Of a DNA stretch of 64,000 nucleotides, positions 12,098 to 21,899 are shown piece by piece (the stretch's first letter is position 1; each line of letters begins with the position of its first letter). The DNA comes from Takakia lepidozioides. Lineage: Eukaryota > Plantae > Bryophyta. The stretch is taken from assembly GCA_030704615.1 (NCBI GenBank), contig CM060734.1, positions 8,618,001-8,682,000 of the forward strand, in the 5' to 3' direction. Position numbers and translations under genes: made by a program. The notes beneath the pieces are model-generated. The model did no database searches. It was not told the origin of the DNA and was given only the letters and a program-made list of their open reading frames with translations.

Positions 12098-13140
12098 TTT
12101 TACTGTTTGGGGGAGAGTCGTCATCTCTCCACAAGCGTAACCGTGCAGGGAGGACTCCGCCAGCACCATAGCACTGCTACCTGAACCAAAGCAAAGTCTT
12201 GCCAAGCACAAGAAAAAAGAGCTTGGTCTCAAAAGGTAGGGTTTATAAAGGGAGGGAGAGAGACTTCCTTGTTCTACCAAGACGCCGCCATTCATCAAAG
12301 ATCCATAGGAGGGCTCCTAAGGAAACATCATAAGCATGCAGGTGGTACCTCCGCCATCACTGCCGCGGTTCCCTTGTGCAGCAAAAAAACAGACAACAGA
12401 GACAGTGAATCTTCCCTCATCTCTAAGCCACTGCCATCGCCATCGCCTTAAAGAGCCCGCCTAGGCGGCGCTCAAAGGAGCCATAAACACTCAAGGATTG
12501 GCAGCTCAAGGTATCTGCAGCACGAGCACCATCGCTCCTCCCAAGCCGCCATCGCGCGCACTCTCGCAGCGCAAAAATAAAGACATTAGGGTTGCGCAGG
12601 GTTTTCCCCTGTCTGGCCCGTCATTCATCTTTCTCAGGATGAAAAACATCCGCCAGCCTGTACGTCCGACGGACGTTGTCCATTTCTCATTCGCGGAAGA
12701 TGAGAGACATCGTGCGTTCATCCTGTCTTGAACTCGACGGATGCAATCCGCTTTTCATCTAGGTTAGATGAAAAACATCGGGGTTTTTTTTTTTTTTTTT
12801 TAACTTTTTTATACCTGTCTTAGCCCCGTATTTAGGTCCTGTCAGATGAAGTCATTTTTTCATCCAAGTTGGATTGAAAAACTGACGAGAGTTTTGCAAT
12901 CAGTATATTCCGGTTTGATGTTCGGGATGAAGCAAAAAACCTCACAGGTATTTAATGAAGAAATGTTTCACTAGGAAAAAAATGTATTCTGGATGAAAAA
13001 CATCCAAAATTCCCTACAACCCAATTTTTTCAATTTTTTCAAAAATGGAAGTCGGGACAACAATTCCATAAACCCAGTTTCCAGAGGGAGAGAGAGGGAG
13101 AGAGAGGGAGAGAGAGAGGGAGACAAAGGGAGAGAGGGGG
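10680..13140. mobile_element. Non-coding module 1 of the RT-associated array (orientation A)
   Basis: Starts GAGAGAGGGAAGATA..TGTCATGTCAAGACA, has the shared core at ~11900-12030 (CCCTCACCT..GTTAGTGAGGATGCA), a CATCC/GGATG array at 12620-13005, and ends in GAGAGAGGG repeats. Confidence 0.75.
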
Positions 13141-13239
13141 CAACAAAGAAAAAACAAAAGGGGGGGGGGGTGAGTGACTAAGCAGCAGCTACTCAGTCAC
13201 TCCCCCCCCACCTTCCTCTTTTTCTTTTTGTTTCCTGAT

Positions 13240-16200
13240 CTCTCCCTCTCACTCCCTCTCTCTGTCCCTCTCTCTCCCTCTCTCTCCCTCCCTCTCTCCC
13301 TCTGTACATGGATCCTGTTGGTAACCTATTCCATAACCCAGAGGGTTTGGTACTAAGGTAATTTTTGACTAAACCCTAATTAACTTTCTGCTATCTTCAT
13401 CCATACCGGATGTAGTTAATAATGGATGAATTCCATTAAATGTTAATTCTGGTTATCATTTTTTACCTGGTTCCTTTGGATTATTAAGGTCATTTATATC
13501 TAACCCTAATGAATGCCAGTTTCTGGTCATCGATTTTAGGATGTCATCCATGCTGGATGACATGGCGATGACAACAGGGGAATATTCACCTTTCATTCCT
13601 TATTTTTCATCCGACATGGATGAAATCGCAATGGTTTGCCATATCTCCTCTCCTGCCATAAAACTTGCACGATACTCATGCGTTTTCTCTGCGGGAGATG
13701 AAGTGATGGTGTCAGAGGGATCTCTTAGCATGAATTTTATGATTTTGATGGCTATGGAGACGCTTCAATGCTGCTTACAAGTACTCTGGCAAGATTCCAA
13801 TCCTTTCTCATCTCCCTTGGGATGCGTAACGGCGGCAGTGCTTCAATTCCCTCAGTATGGTGGCCTATTCCCTTGGCGGGCAATCTACCTTAGGCTGCCC
13901 GATTGCTTGTCGATCCTCTCTGGATCATTAAGTTTCAACACCGCTCATAAAAACTCAGGGGGTTTCTTCACCTGTTAAAATGCGCATAGATTTCAGCAAA
14001 CCATTGCTTGTTTGTGCTGTTGATTGTCAAGTGCTTGGAGCGATGTCGAGTCCTCTTCCGCAATCGATTAAGGTTGTGGATAACCCTGTTTGTGTTTAGA
14101 ATCGATTCTTGCTTTAGAACTCATGTTGTACAGCGATAACAAGCGTGAGACCCGATTCACCTGGGGTTCTACAATTCTCACTAACATGTTGGTTCTTGTG
14201 GGGGCTTGTGATGGGACCAGGTGAGGGTCCTCACTTAATGTGATTTTTGAAGCTTGAATCTGATGACAAACCTGCAAGTGAAGTGACATCGACATCAGCT
14301 GATTATCCAGGGAGATGTCTCATTTTTGCCTCCCTACCTTGACCAATCTGGATATGCTTACAACCTTTATCTTTGTGTTGAAGCAGCAAGTGCATTAGTG
14401 AGCCTTTTTAGAACACATGAATTCTATTAAGGACTCTGGGTTATGATTTCCGCTGCATTGAAATATGGTACTGGAAGTAGGGTTTCCAGACCAAATATAT
14501 GCTCTTTTTTCATGCTTAGAGCACGATTTGCTGCTCTGATATGTACACTTTCAAGCAACACGGTAGGGGAGAGGTCAGAGCTTGCATCTGGTTTGTACTA
14601 AGCCTTGTATGCCTTTATGTGCTCAATCTATGGAACCTCTGTGGCTTTCTGAACCCCCTTTCCTTTTTTTACCTTGCATACAATCTGCTAAGGTAAGTAA
14701 CTTGCTACCTCTTCATGTCACTCTGTAATTACAGATTGTATACAGTTGTGTTTATGGTTTTTGGGTTACAATAAAAGACCACAGGACTCACTGTTTCTGC
14801 TCTGACATTGAATGATGCCTAGAAGCACAAGAAACATGGACTGGTGGGGACCCATAATTACTCTTCTAAAAGCAAGCTTTTGTTTTTCTAGAAAAACATG
14901 TACTGGCTTTATAGACTCTTGGTTCCAGAAGGTTGGGTTGGATTGAAGATATCAGCTGCTTTGATATCTGGCAACACAGCCCTTTTTTTCAGATGTTATG
15001 ACTTCAAAACCAGTGTAACATTGGGGTTTGAACATGTATTGGCACTGTAGCCTTTCTGAACTTCATTAAAATGTCTTTTTTACCTTGCAAACACCTTGTT
15101 AAGGTGGTAACATAATGACCCCAGACCTAAACCAGGTCCTGGTGTTTGAAGAAAAGCCTCTTCTGTTGCTTGATGACCAAAGAATGATTAACATCATACT
15201 TACCAGCATGGCTCTGGATTTTATGATTACAAAAAAGACTGTTGTTTGTTTGATTTTTCTGGCTATGGCTGGTTTTGATATGACATGGCATTGCATTTGT
15301 TTTGTTCTAAGGCCCTGTACGCCTTTATGTACTCATACTATGGAACATCTATGGCTTTCTGAACTCCATCTGTGTTTTTTGTACCTTGCATACAATCTGC
15401 TAAGGTAAGTAACCTGATGTCATCAGGCCTAAACTAGGCTCTGGATATGATTCTTGTTAATCTGTAATTACAGATTATAAACAGCTTGTTTATGGCTTGT
15501 GGGTTACAAAAAAAAGAACACATGACTCACTATTTCTGCTCAAGCATGATTGATGCCAAGACACATAAGAAACATGAGTTGGTGGGGACCCATAATCGAG
15601 CTCTTCTAAAAACCCTCCAAGCTTTAGTTGGGTTAGATTAAATGATTTCAGCTACTCTGGCTTGATAAAAATATCAGGCTACACAATATAATTTTTTCAG
15701 ATGTTATCGATTCAAAACCTGTGTAACACCAGGGTTTGAACAAGTGTGGGAACTATGGCCTTTCTGAACTTCATTAAAAGTCTTTTTTGCCTTGCAAACA
15801 CCTTTTCAAGGTTGTAACATAATGACCCCAGACCTAAACCAGGTCTGGTTGTTTTAAAGAGAAGCCTCTGTTGTTGCTTGGTAATCGAAGACTGATTAAC
15901 AATCATACCTACAGCATGGCTCTGGATTTTATGTTACAAAAAAGATAGCTATTTGTTTTTTTGCTAGCTATGGCATATTTTGATACAGAACACTGCAGTA
16001 GAAAGCAGTTCTGGGAAATCAAGCTTACTAAACAATGCAATGAGTTTTGACTCTATGTCATGATTACAAGAAGTTCTAAAAATGTAGCAGATAAGCTCTG
16101 GGCTGTTGTTATTAAAAAACTGGTTATCTTATCAAGTAACCAGATGATTTAATATCCCGGTTGTGTGATTAATGGAAAATTACTGGAACTTTTGGGTTCC

Positions 16201-16564
16201 AGATGAGCAGTACTATTGCATGATATAGGTAAACATTTAATTGTTTGCTTAGATGCCACCCATAGCTTATAATTCTAAAACAGGCATAAAAACAGGCTGG
16301 TAACACTTGTTTAGCATACTGTTCCTTAGAATATAAAGCTGGATTATTATAACGAGGGGGTCTTCTAAGTAATCCCACCCTCCCACCCGTATTTTCTTGT
16401 CTTTGAAATGTAATGGAGGTCATCATAAGATCTGATTTGAAGTGGAGTTTGACTGATAATGCCTCTTCATGAGGTTGATTTGTCGTAAAAATTGACAATG
16501 ACCATGTTTGGTCTTGTCCATGTCCCGACAAGACATAGTATCTTCCCTCTCTTTCGTGCTGCTC
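13240..16564. mobile_element. Non-coding module 2 (orientation B, inverted relative to module 1)
   Basis: CCCTCTCT tract, CATCC array at 13398-13628, reverse-complemented core at 14070-14240, a ~700 bp internal tandem duplication (14600-15990), and an end of GACAAGACA..TATCTTCCCTCTCT..GTGCTGCTC. Collinear with 21920-24540. Confidence 0.8.
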
Positions 16565-16614
16565 ACAAAAAAAAAAAACACAAAGGGAAAGAGGGGGTAG
16601 AAAAAAGTTAATAA

Positions 16615-18368
16615 GAGAGAGGGAAGATATATATGTCATGTCAAGACATGGACAAGACCGCTAAGGTCATTGTCATTGAAAGACAAAACAGCCCTTTACA
16701 GGGCACCATCTAACATTCCCTTTCATGTTTACAATCTCATTTGAATACCCCATTACATTTCAGGGTCTCTGAAAAAACAGGGCGGGAGGGTGGGATTCCA
16801 GGTCATTCATATCATGAAAGCACCATAGTATGCATCATCATCTCAAAAATTCATTTCAAACTCATTTCAAAAACCAAATTGCAGGTTTGGTTTGAAGATG
16901 ATGTTTTAGAACCAAGATATAAGCAAGATTCTTAAAAAGAAAGAAGAAACAAAAGGGTAGAGCCCCCTTAAGCAGGTATAGGCCTAGAATGGTATTTTAA
17001 GGCCTCATAAAATAGTTCTGCCAAGGTGAAAGAGCAGCTCAGAAACCCGTGTTTGTTATCAAGCCATGAAACCAAAATGATATGAGGGCCTTGAAGAATG
17101 TGTGTTATCTATCAAAGCCTATCATTTTGATCCATCAGAGTCATACCAAGAAGTTTCATTTCAGAGCCAAGTATCAAGGCAGTTAGAGTAATAACTGCTA
17201 TTTTGTATCATTGTATCCTTCATAGCTTAACTCCTACACATGCAAATGTGGTTGTAAAAAACCAGAAACAGGGGTAAGGAGAGAAGCAGATCCTCATTGG
17301 AGCCATCTTGGAGCAGGTCTGAAGCGGTATGGTGGCAGTTTGAAACAGTAGATGGCATCAGCAGCATAGGCAGCAGTAGAATCCACATTTGCAAGAACAG
17401 GAGCTGCAAGCTTTCAAGAAATCAAGACAAGTGAAGACCCTCACCTGTGCCCATCCCAAAAACCACCACATAGCGATGTGTGTTAGTGAGGATGCAGCAG
17501 GTAAATGGCAGGTCCTCACAGTTGCTATCCATGTCAGTGTTGAATTCTAAAGCAAGTACAGATCACAATTCAAGCAAGGGTAAACTCAAAAACCTTGAGT
17601 GTTTGTGGTATGCCCTGCGCCATGGCATCCAACAGATCGTCTCCAACAGAACGCAATCAGAGTAGAAGCGTTCACAGATAGAGAATGGCTCATACACAAA
17701 GAGAGAGCAACATGTAATCTATAGATAAATAGGGATAGAGTACTTCCCAACAAGGAGTAAAAGCGCCGCTGCAAAATAAAGAACCATGAGTTTCTGATCA
17801 AAGCGATCACCGCTTTGTCGTTTGCCAGAGAAGAATCTGTTTAACCACCAATGCGCATCCCAAGAGCCAGCCATCACGAGTACCATGTAGCAGCAGGGGA
17901 GCAGGTTTATACGGCGCATCATCAAGGTTCACTGAAGCACGAGTTCAGTGCTGTGAAGTGTGTCAGCCTGCTTAGGGCAAAACTTCCCGATTTTTCATCC
18001 AGGGTGGATGAAAAATCACATTTTACCAAGAGAGGCACCTGGTCAATGGATGACATCCCATAGAAATGTATCTTTTAGGGTTATGGTATAGGCTTAGGTT
18101 TAATAACTGCCATCATTTATGATGGTAGTTTTATTATTCTCTTGGATTTTATAATAGGTAACCATTATTTATGTAGATCATCCAGTTTAGATGAAAGAAA
18201 TAGATGGTAAATCCAGCTTTCTGTACATTAAGTTTCATCACCCTATAATAAAATCATCCAAATTTGGATGAAAAAGGCTGGGATGAAAAACTTAATAACC
18301 TCAAAAGGTTAAGGTCAGATGAAATCCAAAGAGTTATAGAGGGAGAGGGAGAGAGGGAGAGAGAGGGA
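16615..18368. mobile_element. Non-coding module 3 (orientation A)
   Basis: Same start motif as module 1, core at 17430-17600, CATCC array at 17990-18330, ending in GAGAGAGGG repeats followed by the 51-nt hairpin. Confidence 0.8.
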
Positions 18369-18398
18369 CCCACCAGCCAATCCCCTGGCATGGTTGAA

Positions 18399-18449
18399 CC
18401 TTACGGAGTGAGTGTGGTATGCACTCACCCCGTAAGGGAGTGCATACCA
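18399..18449. other. Conserved 51-nt two-state hairpin, copy 2 (downstream of the RT stop on the minus strand)
   Basis: Identical to 9629-9679 while the immediate flanks diverge. Confidence 0.9.
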
Positions 18450-18641
18450 GACCTCTTCTCATAAGGTTTTCCCTCTTCCATGTAGTTCTATCCTCAGATT
18501 ATATTATCCAAAGGAGTAGAATCCTACATCCTCACTTCCTCGGATCAAGAATGAAACGATGGCAGAAAATGTATCATAGCAAAACTAGTATAGTATCACT
18601 AGAAAAGAACAGAGAGTTCAATCTTAGCTCTGTATAAGTTT

Positions 18642-20986
18642 TTAGAAAGTACCTTTCAGTTTCTCAATAAGCTCTTGTACAGGGAAGAGCAGGCCAGGGA
18701 ATGAACCACGTTCAAGGAATTTTGTCAAGATACGAGCAAGTTTTCTGGTCTTGAAACCATTCCTCCCAAGAGTGTTAATCAGAATGCTACACTCCTTCCC
18801 AGCCAAATCAGCATTGCTGGAAATGTATAGAATAGGCACAGCTTGTGAAATCACAATGTTATAAGATTGATTCACAGGCCTATTGGATAAGAACTGGATA
18901 TATTGAGTGTAAGAGAAAGGAAGTACTCTTCTCTTGTCATATTTCTGGAAATGGAACTCACCTGTGTCACTGTTTGAGACTGTAATCTGGATATTCATGA
19001 AACAAGCTTCCAACCCCACGTATTGGGAATCGGTTTTAGTGCGTAGTAGCTCAGGTTTGATCTCCACTACATTGAGTGGGTAGATCCACCAAGGGTTGTT
19101 GCTGCTTCTGTCTGCCCACGGGTCCAGGAATAGCATTGCATCATCCACATTCAGCCAGCATATATCATCAATGTATCTGAAGGCAGATTTAAACATAGGC
19201 ATAAGCTAGAATTGTCCTAAAGCTGCAAGCCTTATTTGATTTCATAAGAAAGGAAGTACATGTTGCACCATAATGGTGAGCATGAAAAACCCATAGGTAT
19301 TCCAGAAATCTGCTACCACACACGGTCCCCTAAGGCGACAAAACAGTGTGACATAAGCCATTTGTGGAGCATAAGTAGCTTGACTTCAGAAAGTTCAATC
19401 CAGGTACCTGATTTCGGGGAAGACGTGCCCCATCTACTTTTTCCGAAAGTACCGTTTTTGGCTGGAATCCATAGAGTATGACGTGCTCGGGGGTGAGACC
19501 GATGGTGTTGCTGGAATGTAATCTTCACCACGTATTCAATGGCGTCCCCTAAGTTATCCTGTCCTGTCAAAGGTATGTTCTCATAGCATTGTGTAATGTC
19601 AGCAACAAAGATGTTATGGACTTTTTCAGGCAGGTTTAGTGTAAAGTCAGTGATGGAGTCAATAATCCAATACATAGCAGTAGATACTTTGAAAAATTGC
19701 TCATAAGTATCCAGCCTTGTCTTGGCCCATTCTTTTACCAATGGTAGAAGATCCATGGTAGCCCTTGTAAGAAGGCTAGCTAGTTCACTGAAAACACATT
19801 TATGGGCATTGGTAATCCATCTGTATTTTTTCTTATGTAGCTTGTAGATTCCCATAATGTAAGGTAGTCTATAGGAGGGAGCAGGTATCTCCGGAATCAG
19901 ACTCTGTATTTCCACGGAAATGTTTCCTAGAACAAGGTCAGGTGGCAGCCATACCTCAGCTTGCTTGCATGGTGTAAAGTCTTTACCCATCAATCTGTGG
20001 AAGGCTTGAGTTCTTATGTGCTTTACACACATAAAACATACGTTTTTGTTAGCCTTGTCAAGACCAGAAAAATACAGGTGATTGAGAAGCCATGAAAGTT
20101 TATCTTTTGCCTCTTTTACAATAAGAGGATTGCGCTCATGGTGAGTGAAGTCATACCTTCCTCTGCCGGCTTTTTGTTTCAATCTATCCCAGCATGTGTT
20201 TTTTACCCATTGGCTGCAGGTTGCGGCCCAAGATTCACATGGGTCTACATGTAAAATTTCACAGGTTCTGTGGAAAGCCAAAGACACTTGTTCAACAACG
20301 TCTTTCAGCAAAGTACGTTTGAGAGGGATGTGATTCATACCTAGGCTGAATAGTTCTTTTAGCCTTGCGTGTCTAATAATATTCAGGTCCATGGTATGTA
20401 CGTGTTGCGTAGGTGTAGAACCAGATAGATGGAATTCTGTTTTTGTATCCACATCCCAAAAATCATGAAACCTCTTGGCACTGTCACATAGACAATCTGG
20501 TGAGTGAATCAGGTCTTGCATAAAGCAAAAATCACGGAAAACAGCAACAGGCTGATAGTATTCAGAGCTGCTTTGTTTATGATATGTCCATCCAAAAACT
20601 ATCTTATCGATGAGAATAGCCAAGTCATTTTGTCCAAATTCCAAAAAAGCTTCTTTTATCAAGTTCCTAGGGTTTATCCACTCCATACCACGGTTTGGGT
20701 ACAACATATGAATGAATCCCAAGGGAGCAGGTTTTGCTGCCTGTTTTATGAATTTCCTGCCATGGGCATGAGTTTCAATTTGTCTGCAACCATCCTCAAG
20801 ACCAAACAACGCATCTGCACATACAAAGTAGAGGAACATACCAAAAATGAGATTTTTAAAGATCTGTCCATGATCCAAAATCTCGTTTGCGTATTGGGGA
20901 GAACTCGTCAGTGATACAACGAGTCTTGTATGACTCCTGGCTGGCGATGTTGATGGTGGTACTGGAATTAGCACCCGAACCCCCAA
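18642..20986 (-). pseudogene. Penelope-like element reverse transcriptase (Naiad/Chlamys-type motifs), no endonuclease visible, disrupted
   Basis: CLC...HVHTMDLNII...LKELFSLG N-terminal motif, DKANKNVCFMC, LPYIMGIYKLHKKKYRWIT, motif A ADITQCYENIP, motif B' QISGIPMGFSCSPLWCNMY (read through the stop at 19313-15), motif C FRYIDDI, then IYP and YDKR thumb motifs. Stop codons and a frameshift lie at ~19210-19315. Confidence 0.88.
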
Positions 20987-21015
20987 GTGATGACCGATTC
21001 GTTGCTCTTGAATTC

Positions 21016-21864
21016 TCAGAGGTGTTGGTAGAGTATTGTCCCCTGCCAGAGCGTCCTCCTCTTTTGGTAGAGACCTCTTCCACGACCAGGGGTGCCTCTG
21101 CCTCGAGTGGCATTGTTCTTGCCTTGTTGAGGAGGCGTCTGCCCCTCCATACGCTGCCGTTTGTAGCTATTGAATTGTGGCCTGGGAAGGCTGTCTGAAA
21201 AAAACCCAGGTTTCACAAGTTTCTCAATGTATCTGGCCCCCTTGGATTCTCCTAACTTCCCAAGCAACTTGGCTTGTGGGTCAATTGAGAATTCACAAGC
21301 TGCTTCCATTATGAAGCCTCGGGTCATCTGGAAGGTAATTTGTGCAAGTACAGCAGATCTGGCAGCCCGCATGATCCACACCAGAAAGCTGTAATACTTG
21401 GTTTGCACCGAAGGATAGGCATCATCAGGGAAGAACACAATCAGATTGTTCAGCATATACCATACCATATGGTCAAACCAAGCAACACTCCCAATGCAAG
21501 AAGAGGGTGCCCCTCCTTGTCCACAGTTACATCTTATGTAGGGACGATGCCAGATGAAGAGTTGACTCTTGTGATTTTTGGATCTGGCCGAACCAGTCGG
21601 CAAGTCATTTTTGGTCCTCAAGGTAAGGTTCTCACCTTTGTCATAGAGCTTGTAGTAGAAGGTCCTTAGTGGCCAATCCACAACAATAGGTTCCTTTTTT
21701 ATTCTCTGAAAACCCTCCTTAGCATCCTGTGCACATCTACTGCGTTCAGCAGGAGTTATGTTGCCCCATTTGACCCACATTTCAATAGAACTGGGTGCCA
21801 ATAAATTGATATTAGCATGTGGGTGCCACATCATGTGGTCGTTATTGGCAACCTCTATTGGCAA
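21016..21864 (-). CDS. Orphan ORF1 upstream of and co-oriented with the PLE-like RT; RG-rich basic C-terminus
   Basis: 282-aa open frame ending ~30 bp before the RT frame. No recognisable domain; RGRGTPGRGRG tail. Confidence 0.65.
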   Translation of the reverse strand: MPIEVANNDHMMWHPHANINLLAPSSIEMWVKWGNITPAERSRCAQDAKEGFQRIKKEPIVVDWPLRTFYYKLYDKGENLTLRTKNDLPTGSARSKNHKSQLFIWHRPYIRCNCGQGGAPSSCIGSVAWFDHMVWYMLNNLIVFFPDDAYPSVQTKYYSFLVWIMRAARSAVLAQITFQMTRGFIMEAACEFSIDPQAKLLGKLGESKGARYIEKLVKPGFFSDSLPRPQFNSYKRQRMEGQTPPQQGKNNATRGRGTPGRGRGLYQKRRTLWQGTILYQHL

Positions 21865-21899
21865 CCTCTAGGAACTTGCTTGTATTTTTTCCAAAACCC

